A stretch of DNA of 64,000 bases from Callorhinchus milii (Eukaryota), in assembly GCF_018977255.1 (NCBI RefSeq), contig NW_024704758.1, forward strand, positions 5,704,001 to 5,768,000, in the 5' to 3' direction. Below are positions 20,801-30,100 of the stretch, one piece after another. Both the position numbers and the translations under genes were made by a program. How positions within the stretch are numbered: the stretch's first letter is position 1; each line of letters starts with the position of its first letter. A model generated the notes under the pieces. That model saw only the letters and a program-made list of their open reading frames with translations. It made no database searches and was not told the origin of the DNA.

Positions 20801-23616
20801 TTACAAACTCTGCCTCAAGAATGGATAATGGCAGAGAGTTCCACATTACAGCAGCTGTTGGGTAGAGCATTCTTTCTACCCTCCCCTTCAATTCACAATA
20901 TCGTGGACATTTGCATTACAGAAAGGGGCCATTCATCCCATCGAGCCTCTCTCCAGCTTTCAGTGCAAGTCATTCATTGAATGCCACTGCCCTGTCATTC
21001 CCCCGAACCCCTTCAAGCCTCTCATATGATCTTCTGGAAACCCACATTGGACACTGCTTTTCATTCTTTTTATGAGTCTTACCCCCTTACTTGGCAGGCC
21101 ATTCCACATCCCAACAACTCTGAGCAAACAATGTTTGCCCAAGCTCTCTTATCACTCTTCTTATGACACTTATAACCATACCACATAGTCACTTAACTCC
21201 CCGACTCATGGAATAGCTTTGTCCTGTTTAACCTGTCAAACCCTTTCATAATTGTGTACGTCTCTAGCATTCGTCTTGTGATTATCTTAAACCTGTATCC
21301 TCTTGTAACTGGCTCACCAACCAGTGGAATTAATAAGTTACTATTTACCCTATCATAACCAGGGCCAATAGAAAATTGCGGAAATATTTGCCCAAAATTG
21401 CGGGGAAATTTTGCAAGGCTGCGGTGGGGGGGGGGGTTGATTGGTGCTATTGAGGTACATTTTACAGGCAACCTACATTTTTTCACTTCATTGATGAAAA
21501 CTAAACATGAAGAAATAACACATATTAAACTGTTGCAAAAAAAATTATTGCTTTGTTTAACAAACTTGGGTTTGTTCCTGCTTCTCCTGAGAACCTCCTG
21601 CTTCTCAAGGCCTGTCACCACACAGACACACACTCACAGGGAGACACACAGAGAGGAGAGAGAGACACAGACACATACTCAGACAAACAGAGGAGAGAGA
21701 CACACACAAACAATCACAACAGCAGTGCCTCGGAGACAGCAAAGTCCATTTCCCCATTCAGGCCTACACTGGTGTTACCCCCCACCCACCCACCCCAAGT
21801 GGACTACCCAGTTTTTGTTAAAGAAAGCATAGTTTTTTTNGCAACAGTCTAATATGTGTAGCATCCTCGAAGCACTCCGGGATGCTACCCAGTGTGAAGG
21901 GCGCCATTTAAATGCAAGTTGTTTTTGTTGTTATTGCTTCATATTTATTTTTTATCAATAAAGTCTTGAGAGATGTCTTAGAGGGAAAATATAGAAAACA
22001 TTTCAAAATGCGATTGAAAAAATAAAGCCAGAACTACTTTATGATGTATCAAGATGGCAGAATAAGAGGATATAGATTTAACAACAACAATTTGCCTTTT
22101 TGTATAATATAGCGCCCTTCACGCAGGCTAGCGACCCCGAGCACTTCAAGGTGCTTGAGTCCGACAACGAGTTGCAAAAGGTAATTTCAGGACAGACGTC
22201 AGAAAGTATTTCTTTATCTAACGGCTGATTAATGACTGGAACAGGTTGCAAGGAAAGGTGTTTGAGGCCAGGACACTAGAATAGCTTGATGAATTGATGG
22301 AAGGATGGGTCTTCTGGAATGGATACGCTCAGATGGCCTGAAGAGCTACCTTCATCTGAACCAATCCTGTAAATACAGTATTACAAGCCGCACAATAACA
22401 CACACACCCGGCGAGATGCTTCACTGTACTTACCTAACACTCTCACAGACGAACTCTTTTCTGCTTTTGATGGGGTCACATAAACAATACACTTGTACTC
22501 TCCTTCTTCTTCAATCTGCACTTTTGGGAGATGTAGCGAGGCATCGCCTCTCTTCAAGTTTTCTATTGTTACTGTTGCTCCGGGTCTGAGTGCATCAATA
22601 AACCCTCCATTAAATGAATAGACCAGTTGTTGAGTAGAGACAAATCTCCACTCAACAGCAACGAAACTAAGGTTGAGAACTGCCGGAGTGTAGCCGGTTA
22701 CCTTACAATCAAGGACAACATCTTGACCCTGAAAGACCTCCAGCTGGTCTTTAAATATTGTCATCTCCAATGCATCTGTGTAAAAACAGGAGGCATTCCA
22801 AAACATTAATGACAGTTAAGCATTTTAAATGCCAGAATACCAGGTCTGAGTATCTGAGATTAGAAGCAGGTTAAAAGCCATGGGTTTGGGATTAGCTGCT
22901 GCTTCAAGAACAATGGAGAAAGGGAATCTCGTCCTCCTCATGGGTTTGGTGACAATACCAATCAGGACAATGTTAAACAACATGCTGGTGTGCACGTGCA
23001 GATAACGGCCACTTGGGCAGAGCACTGGAGCACAGCCAGTGCCTATGGAATTATACCCTGCAGGTTATCCAGAGAATGAGGGATTGGGGCTTGTGTCAAA
23101 ACTCTGCCGCCCGTGTCCTCACCCGTTTGAGACTCCGCAACCCCCATTTCCCCAGTTCTTGCATGACTCCACTGGCTGCCTGTTGCAGAACGGATCCATT
23201 TCAAGATCCTCGCGTTCACTTTCGAATCCTTTCCGACTCTGACCCCCCCCCTCCCTACCTCTGCGATCCGCTTACACCCCACTCCATACCCACCGCCTGA
23301 GCTCAGCTGCAAGGTCTCGTCCCCTCAACTAAACCCGTGACGGCCGTGCTTTCAGCCATTACACTCCGAGCCTCCGGAATTCGCTACTTCAATCCCTTTG
23401 CTTTGCCTCATCTTTGCCCGTCTTCAAATCGCACCCGAAGACTTTCCTCATCGACCGTGCTTTCGGTCGCCTCCCCTCCCTCTCCGGGTTGCCGTGAAAC
23501 CACGCCGCTGTTTAAGTGCTCCAAGACACGACCGCCCCCTCCCCCCCACCCTCCCCGTGAAGAGCGCAATAAAAATGTAAGTTGCTGCGAGTGCGGAGAA
23601 ACTCGTAATAAGCCAT
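2857..23616 (-). CDS. NCR3LG1: Gene A1: B7-H6/NCR3LG1-like IgSF receptor, leader-IgV-IgC1/TM plus 10 post-TM Ig-C1-like exons and a terminal exon (multi-exon span)
   Basis: 14 exons with AG/GT ends. All Ig exons are phase 1-1 and open except the 422-nt exon at 19045-19466. V domain (LDCKV..VEW..GDASLHL..EEGEYKCIVYVTPSKA) and C1-TM layout resemble B7-H6-like proteins; orthology is not proven. Confidence 0.7.
3000..3300. repeat. TG/GAGT-rich low-complexity tract (copy at ~27270-27560)
   Basis: Degenerate dinucleotide repeats. Confidence 0.8.
3545..3973 (-). CDS. A1 post-TM Ig-like exon 10 (shared with gene B)
   Basis: 429 nt, phase 1-1; VPPTITEI..LSWAVVGFSP..GMFSVNC; near-identical to 27808-28236. 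Confidence 0.85.
4273..4704 (-). CDS. A1 post-TM Ig-like exon 9 (shared with gene B)
   Basis: 432 nt, phase 1-1; VAPTVTEI..LSWSVTGFTP..GTFSVNC; near-identical to 28537-28968. Confidence 0.85.
4917..5354 (-). CDS. A1 post-TM Ig-like exon 8
   Basis: 438 nt, phase 1-1, near-identical to exon 7 (offset 918). Confidence 0.85.
5835..6272 (-). CDS. A1 post-TM Ig-like exon 7
   Basis: 438 nt, phase 1-1, near-identical to exons 6 and 8. Confidence 0.85.
7510..7770. repeat. Direct tandem duplication of a ~130-bp unit
   Basis: ggacagca(t/c)agctactgcctcggtcagatcagatcagatccc.. occurs twice; single related copies at ~37600 and ~39070. Confidence 0.8.
7846..8283 (-). CDS. A1 post-TM Ig-like exon 6
   Basis: 438 nt, phase 1-1; VPPKITTIES..LQWAVTGFTP..GTFRVMC..HEAL. 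Confidence 0.85.
9265..9800 (+). mobile_element. Two adjacent SINE copies, A1-specific
   Basis: SINE body and tail at 9265-9560, then a degenerate tRNA head AGTCCTGTAGCATATTGGTTAGAG at ~9563. Confidence 0.65.
10440..11060 (+). repeat. Unclassified interspersed repeat family (~0.4-0.6 kb)
   Basis: Related sequence at ~1690-2130, 13080-13700, 25960-26400, 29200-29345, 33150-33560, 40860-41480, 57690-58085, and inverted at 63490-63850. Confidence 0.6.
11166..11588 (-). CDS. A1 post-TM Ig-like exon 5 (duplicate of exon 4)
   Basis: 423 nt, phase 1-1, near-identical to 13794-14216 (offset 2628). Confidence 0.85.
12125..12600. mobile_element. Cluster of SINE fragments in both orientations (copy at ~39905-40380)
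   Basis: Plus-strand tail, minus-strand SINE with head ..CTAACCACTGAGCTACAG, plus-strand tail. Confidence 0.65.
13794..14216 (-). CDS. A1 post-TM Ig-like exon 4
   Basis: 423 nt, phase 1-1; VPPKITIP..LQCAVTGFTP..GTFRVNYRIV..HEAL. Confidence 0.85.
14710..14885 (+). mobile_element. L2 3' fragment (copy at ~42520-42690)
   Basis: L2 3' UTR and tail ending in GTT repeats. Confidence 0.65.
15940..16362 (-). CDS. A1 post-TM Ig-like exon 3
   Basis: 423 nt, phase 1-1, open; APPTITDI..LSWSVSGFNP..GTFGVRC..HEAL. Confidence 0.85.
16580..16920 (-). mobile_element. L2 fragments (copy at ~44400-44710)
   Basis: Purine-rich plus strand, endonuclease-like sequence and L2 tail. Confidence 0.55.
17224..17637 (-). 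CDS. A1 post-TM Ig-like exon 2
   Basis: 414 nt, phase 1-1, open; VPPTMTEI..LTWEVNGFNP..GTFSVNC..HTAL. Confidence 0.85.
17840..17890. repeat. 13-bp minisatellite (cccgtgccctctg) in an A1-only insertion
   Basis: About 4 units; ~17780-18050 is absent from the A2 paralogue. Confidence 0.7.
18489..18656. mobile_element. Penelope-like inverted repeat with a hammerhead-like core (copy at ~46043-46210)
   Basis: 73-bp arms with 1 mismatch around a 22-nt spacer; minus strand reads CTGACGA-AGAGTCATGGACCC-GAAACGTT. Confidence 0.6.
19045..19466 (-). CDS. A1 post-TM Ig-like exon 1 (422 nt, ends in phase 0)
   Basis: APPKITEI..LSWEVTGFKP..GTFSVKC..DDGAQMTVKVHH; donor AAG|gtaaga falls on a codon boundary. 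Confidence 0.85.
19899..20342 (-). CDS. A1 IgC1 + transmembrane exon
   Basis: 444 nt; LTCDVNRFYP..IRW..TFSVSSKL..YRCVVKH, then TM AVIGGVVGLLVIVLLAVAAFGF and basic WKKW; donor G|gtaagg. Confidence 0.92.
20780..21340 (-). mobile_element. CR1 LINE 3' fragments (copy at ~48330-48890)
   Basis: Translates to CR1 ORF2 C-terminal-like PLVGEPVTRGYRFKI..ETYTIMKGFDRL and RVVGMWNGLP. Confidence 0.7.
22434..22775 (-). CDS. A1 IgV exon
   Basis: 342 nt, acceptor tttttacacag, donor G|gtaagt; canonical Cys-Trp-Cys V-set with D-x-x-x-Y-x-C-like EEGEYKC. Confidence 0.92.
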
Positions 23617-24250
23617 TTTCCCAATTTTCTTGGCTGCGCATCTGACTTCGCTCACTGTGTACAAGTTGACACGACTTCTCCTGGAGACACACTCCCAATT
23701 GGGCACTGGGCGGCAGTTGGGGAAGTGAGACCCCTTCTCTCAGACACAGTGGCGCTTCACAAGATTGGGCTCAGATAACTGAGGCTCTCGGATGTTCCCA
23801 ATGTTACTGCTCCAGTTACTGCACTGGACCTTAATATGACACATCACACACCAGGCAATCCGCACGGGCTGCGGAGAGTCGCGGGTCACTGAGTTAAAGA
23901 CCCCACCGCCAGCACTCAGCCGGACATTGCTTCACATATAAAGTGCTGCAGAAACCCGCACCGCTCCCGACAGCGCCGCTCAGGAGCGCAACGGGGAATC
24001 GATCTCTCGCTCAGCGGCGGATCAGCGTCACTGACGTTTGCGCCTTTTCTGTACCTGATCCCGCAATGGAAACCCAGAGGATCAGGAGGAGGGTCGTCCC
24101 CTCGGAAGCTCCACCGGGTGCGGACATCGTGGAGGGGTTTGTGACCCCCAACGCGGTCTCTCTCCTCCTTCCAACGGCAGCGACTGAGCCGCACTTTCAT
24201 TTTCGTTCTGTCTCGTGATTTCTCGGAAATGGGTTATGTTCTCAGCGCTG
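23000..24250. promoter_or_regulatory. CpG island / probable A1 promoter (copy at ~50600-52050)
   Basis: GC- and CpG-rich, spans the putative leader exon. Confidence 0.6.
23550..23616 (-). CDS. A1 putative leader exon (MAYYEFLRTRSNLHFYCALHGE)
   Basis: Good-context ATG (gggaaaATGG); 67 nt to a phase-1 donor G|GTGGGG followed by intronic G-runs; phase matches the V exon. The peptide is only weakly hydrophobic. Confidence 0.4.
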
Positions 24251-27120
24251 CGATTGCACTCCAACAGTTTAAAGTTTAAAGCTCAAATGCGCTATTGTCA
24301 TTTCAAGGAAAAGAGAAGAAAAGTTGGTGGTGTGGGGAGTGGGTAAACCACAGGGAAAAATAGGGTCCGAAAGCACTTTGCAGGTCAACTTTCTTAATGC
24401 TATGATTGTGAGAACAATCGCTGCCTTTGAGACAGCGCCTTATCCCGTCTTTGAGACGTCTCAAAGCGCTTCAAAGGATACACTGTGGAATGAGTTGACT
24501 GTATATTTTGTGGGCGAAACGCGGCGGCTAATTGCGCACGGCAGCTTCCCACGAACAGTCGTGCATCGAGCGACCAAATTATTTTTCTTGGAAGGCATTA
24601 TTACCCCCGGAAAAGTGATCCCCCGATCGACTAACAACCGGGTTCCTACACACTGGAAGCTCAACAGAGCCACGTTGAGTAAGCACGGTCAGTAAGTTGA
24701 GATTCACGACCACGAGGTGAATGATCAATTAACCTGGAGGATTGAAACATAGAAGAGGGTTGTGGTGGACACCGGCTTTTGCCCCGACACTGTCCTGAGG
24801 GACCACAACAACAAAATATCATAGTGCCTTTCAAGTCAGGAGGACATCCCAAGGTGCTGGACAGTCAGGGATCTGCACCCGAGCTGGTGGCTGCGATCAG
24901 GAGGGGTGAAAGGCAGGGAGGGTAGGCGTGGCCGATGACATGGTCAAAGAGGAGGGTCTTGAAAGAGGCAAGAGAGGGGGTGAGGTAGAGGGACCGTGGG
25001 ATGGAGTTTCAGAGGGTGGGGGCAGTGAGGCTGATGGCCTTCATGTCATTGGTGTGGTGGACAAGGTGGGGGACGTGAAGCAGGCTGGAGCCCACTGAGC
25101 GGCGTGAACGGATAGGTTTAGAGAGGGTTAGGAGGTCACAGAGATAGGGAGGACCGTCCTGAGCGAAGGGCACTCTGGTTGTTCTCATCTCTCTTGAACA
25201 TCCAATGCATGTCAAACTTTTAGCGTGTAGGACATGTGTCCAAAACATTTCCCCTTTATGGTTCTGTACCTCTGGGGATTAGTGTGGAGAGGCTTCCTCT
25301 GGCCCATTTGCAAAATCAGGATCAAGGAATGAGATGGATTTGTGATAAACAGAGGCTGTCAGTAAGGAAGGTTCCAGCCTACGCTTACCTGTCACTGGGC
25401 ACAGTGGAGCCAGAGTGATCTTCGCAGCACGCCAATTTTACGCTTCCTCACATGAGGACCTGCAATAAACAGTTGATGCTGAGTAAGACAGGTGACAGGA
25501 GTTGGATAGCATTGGACTTGGCTGATACATCACATGCTGTTCTGTGAAGCGCTCTGAGACGCTACAATCTGTGGAGGAAGCTATGAAAGTGCAAGTTGTT
25601 GTAAAGGTCTTCGCCCTGAACTGAAGACAGATATCCATCAGATAGATGATGAGAAAACTCTCAGCTTAGGGTGACAACTGCTGGAAGGCATTACCAGGAA
25701 TTTGAGTTTGTGAACAAACGTTCATATATATCCAGGGCTTGAAATCCACCATGATTGGTACGTAGAGAGGTAAGCTGCTGCTGCTCAAGCTCTGACCTCC
25801 AAACTGGCGGAACCATTACTCGATGTGTGTCTGTGCTGTGGACAGGAAGATGGTGGCAATGCTCTTGATGCATTTCATGCTGAGCTGTGCTGCTCCCTCA
25901 GAGCAAAGAGTTCCTGCTCCCTGCCATCCACCTTGCGAGGGCTCAAACTCATGCTTGTCAGTTAGTGACTGTCCTCCTGAAAGTGGCTCCAAGGTGACTT
26001 GTTGGCAACAGAATGTCGGAATTCAGTCAACCCTCTGCGGTGGTCTGAGTCGTGCAGATCCTGAGCCAGGTGGGTCTGCAGTATTCCGTGGAACTGCTGT
26101 TGAAAGCCCAGACAGCCTGCTTTATAAGTAAGACTTTGAGGGGCAGACCAGATAGTGGGGAAGGGATTCTTCCCACTCAACTGCTTTTAACCCTGCAAGC
26201 CAAAGCCTTCATGGGTACGATGGTCCAAGTTGGACAAGCAGTGGGAAGCACGCCAGACGGCATTTCCAATGGCAAGCTTCCCACTGCTTGTCCACCTTCA
26301 GCTGGTTATTTAGCTGGTTAAGCTTCAGCAGTAAACCAACGCATGTCACAGTCCAAGGTCTCCAAGGCTTGGCTCTTGCAACCGTGTACCTAACACATCC
26401 GGAGTTTGGTAAGCATCACTCACTGAGGTCAGAAGATCTCAGCCTGGAATCAGCACCATTCTCCACAGCGATAGGGCTTGTGCTCAGTGTTGACAAGAAG
26501 CCACATTCACAAAGCCAGATCCATACATAACATGGCAGCACCTCCATGGACACCATGGTACCCCATTTCCAGCACCTTGGCACGTCCTCCTGACGTGAAA
26601 GGCACTATACAAATGTAATTTGTTGTTGTTGTTCACAGGTCACAGTCTGTGCATTTAATGACAGTAATGGGTATCATGGTTTGGGATTCTTTCTACTAAC
26701 TGACTCGGAGCAGGAATCTGGGAAACATTCAGCTGAAGCACCTCAGTGAAAAACAAAACTAGTGTGCGAGCATTTAATAACAGACTGTAGCAAAGCACTT
26801 ACACATTAACTCAGCTCTCAGCAAACATTAAAGCAAATTTCATGTCAAACAAATCGCCTTCAGGAAATTAACAAAATTCACAGTAATTCTCCATAATTCT
26901 GCAAAACCGATATATTTCTTCGCTCTTCAGCAACTGACAAAGTTGATGAATATTCATATTCATTGTGGGTTGTCAGGAGGATGTTTACAGAATCAATAGC
27001 CATGACGATGACCGTAGCTCTTGTGAACACTCAGTGGATGTGTCAGGTGCGTAACAAGGGGGAGACTGGCAATCGCACTATCCTCACAAACCATCCGTCT
27101 GGCGACTGGAAGACTGAAAG

Positions 27121-27134
27121 TTAATTCCCACCGT
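27121..27134 (-). CDS. B terminal coding exon (DGGN-stop)
   Basis: Acceptor tttcctttggtttag, same coding sequence as 2857-2870. Confidence 0.6.
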
Positions 27135-30100
27135 CTAAACCAAAGGAAATTTCAATATGTTAATCACCCAAACAACACATTGTAATCCACAAACAGATCT
27201 CTAACAACTTCTGTTTCACATTATGAGAGAAACGCTTCTTTTATCAACAAATCTACTGAGCAAGAGATGTGTGTGAGTATGTGTGTTGTGTCTCTGTGTG
27301 TGTATGTGTGATTATGTGTGTGTGGATGTGAAAAATTAAGCAAGTGGGTGAAAATATGTGAGTTTGATAGATTGAATAAGTGGGTGACAGAGAGGGAGAG
27401 TGATTGGCATTGTGTGTGAGTATGTGAGCGAGGGAATGTGTATGAGCGATAGAGTTGACGGCTGAGAAACAGATCATGAGTGAGTGACAAAGATAATGAG
27501 TGACAAATGGAGTGAGTGAGCAAGCGAACGACAGAGATCGTGAGTAAGTAAGGTCGATTTATGAGTGTGTTTCCACATAGTAAGAATTGTGGAAGACAGA
27601 AAAATGCAGAAATTATAAGCTATCTCTGACATTGTGCCTGCAATGTCAATGAATAAAGCACAACTTCACACACAGCATATCCATTGGAGAGTTTTCTCAT
27701 TGATTTGCAGGATTGTATAAACCCTTAATCTTGTCAGAATCATTAGCTGAACACTGTGGAGCGATGCGTGAGAGATGGCAAGGACATCGCTCAGAGGCAG
27801 AACTTACCTGTAACTTGTAATGTTACAGACTCAATAAGAGGCTCTTTGAGGGCCTCATGGACAACCTGAACCATTAATTCAGCTCCGTCATCCTTAGATA
27901 GGTCAGCACACATCCAAACACTGCAGTTTACACTGAACATCCCATTATTCTTCCGCACATAGTGGGGCATCACAGCAGTGAAGGAGCCATCTTCCTCACA
28001 GCCCTCTGTGACATTTTCGAGGGGAACACTGGCCGTCTTAGCTTCCTGTGGTTCCTCGTCTTTCTTTGGGATCCGCCAATGAAAGACTTTCTTTTTCTCC
28101 TGCTCCCCTTTCCTCTTCACGTAGGTAACAATGGAGATGGCCCGTGGGCTGAAGCCAACAACTGCCCAGCTCAGGCTGGCCAGCTCCCCGGGCGTGATCT
28201 CAGAGGGTTTCTTGATTTCAGTGATTGTGGGAGGAACTAGAAAACAATAATGTGTGTTAAATGGACGCTGTAGTGTAATTCTATAACATGCCTCAGTTTG
28301 ACAAACTCTCATTCAAAATTATATCCAAAGCGACAACCCATAAATAATCACTCAATAACTGCAGAGGACACCAGACAAGTGCTGGAGAATGGGGATAAGC
28401 TGCATTTTTATATATCATCAAAAACCACAACCTTAGGCATACCTGTACTTCGTTATATCAGCATTTGCATGTATTCATCGTACAACTACGCACTTCGGAA
28501 CACATGTCAACACACATACATGAATGCAGCTCTTACCTCCTGTAACATGTAATGTCATAGTTGTAGTGAGAGGAATCTTAAGAGCCTTGTGATTCACTTC
28601 GACAATTAGCTCAGCTCCATCATCCCTGCACATATCAGCAGTCATCCAAATGCTGCAGTTTACACTGAATGTCCCATTGTTCTTCCTCACACAGTGGGGT
28701 GTCACAGAAGTGATGGCGTCATCTTCTTCACAGCGATCCCTCACGTCTGTGAGAGCAGTGCTCCCCATCTTTGCTTCGTCATCTATTCCTCCCTTCTCTG
28801 GGATACGCCAGTGAAACAGCCTCTTCTCTTTCAGCTCCCCTTTCCTCTTCAGCAAGAAAACAATGGAAATGGGCTTTGGAGTGAACCCGGTGACTGACCA
28901 ACTCAGACTGGCCACTTCACTATGTTTAATCTCGGGACGCAAGTCAATTTCAGTCACCGTAGGAGCAACTATAAAACAGACATAAACGGGTAAGGCTGAT
29001 ATTAATGAACACTCGAAACATGCTATAGAATTCCTAGAGACTTCAGCCAAATGGGACCCCACAATGTGCATTGGGATAACTGCTGGCAAATGGTCTTCTC
29101 AGATAATACTGGTTGTGAATCCAGGAGTTATCCCAATGCACACTTCTCTCTGGACAACCACTGCCTGACACTCTACAGTGAGTTAAGCAAGGTGCATCCC
29201 TCCAGGGAGAGAGTGCATATTCTATTCCAGACACAGGGAAATTTCCATCTCTTGGTGGCATACATAAGTGGAACTCTCACTTATGTCTGGATTCTCTTAG
29301 GCGTACTTGTCAGACACTCAGCTGACCAAATAAACCGATTGTATTGGGCTAACGTGAACCAGCCTGGCTGTAACAAATACAGTGTTTGAGTGCCAGTTCA
29401 GGTTGAGCTAAACCCTATTCATCCACCGTTTCGTCTACCCCCATCCCATACCACACAATCACCCAGTAAGACTTTGGTCTCTGGATGTGGGTGCTTATTG
29501 TCAGAAGTTAAAAGTCTGAAATATTCCAAAATAATGTTTAGTGTGTGTGTGGTGTGGGCAGTGGGGGAGGACTCCAATATTGGCTCGTCGGGCTGGATAG
29601 CCTTCTGTGCTGTAATTTCTATGATTCTATGTTGCAATATGCTGGGATTGTTGGGTGGGAGAAGGGTGTAGAACCCAATCCTTACCTCCATCAACGACTA
29701 ACGTCACGGATGAAGTGAACGGCTTCCTATGGGTCTTGTGGTTAACCTCCAGTGTGACTTCAGCACCATCATCCTCTGATGCATCAGGACAGACTGTTAT
29801 CATGCACTTCACACTGAAGCTCCCGTCATCCAGTTGAACGCACATTGAGATTGCAGCAGTAATGGAGTCTTCTTTCTTATTCCCGTCCAGTACACATGAC
29901 GAGTTGGAGAGAAGAGCTTCCTCGTCATTTTCTAGTGGGTCTTCATCATTTTTCAAATTCCACTCAAATAATTTCTGTGGTTCCTTTCCTTTTCTCCTCA
30001 CGAATAAAGCAATGGTTATCATCCGGGGGGTGAACCCAGAAACTTCCCAGTTCATATGAGACGCCACACCATGTGCGAAGTGGTCGGGTTTGCTCAATTC

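Larger units (their letters stand above)
12010..24260. repeat. Segmental duplication, copy 1 (copy 2 at ~39795-52079)
   Basis: Colinear, high identity, offset ~27.5-27.8 kb; diverges right after ..GCGATTGCACT (24260/52079). Confidence 0.95.

Noticed and set aside
9396-21840. Single N bases (9396, 10205, 21840) as frameshift sources
   Set aside because: All are intronic. They do show imperfect consensus quality, so A1 and A2 being concatenated haplotypes cannot be fully excluded.
23943-24218. Plus-strand ORF METQRIRRRVVP.. in the CpG island
   Set aside because: Short, no domain; GC-rich sequence gives long frames by chance
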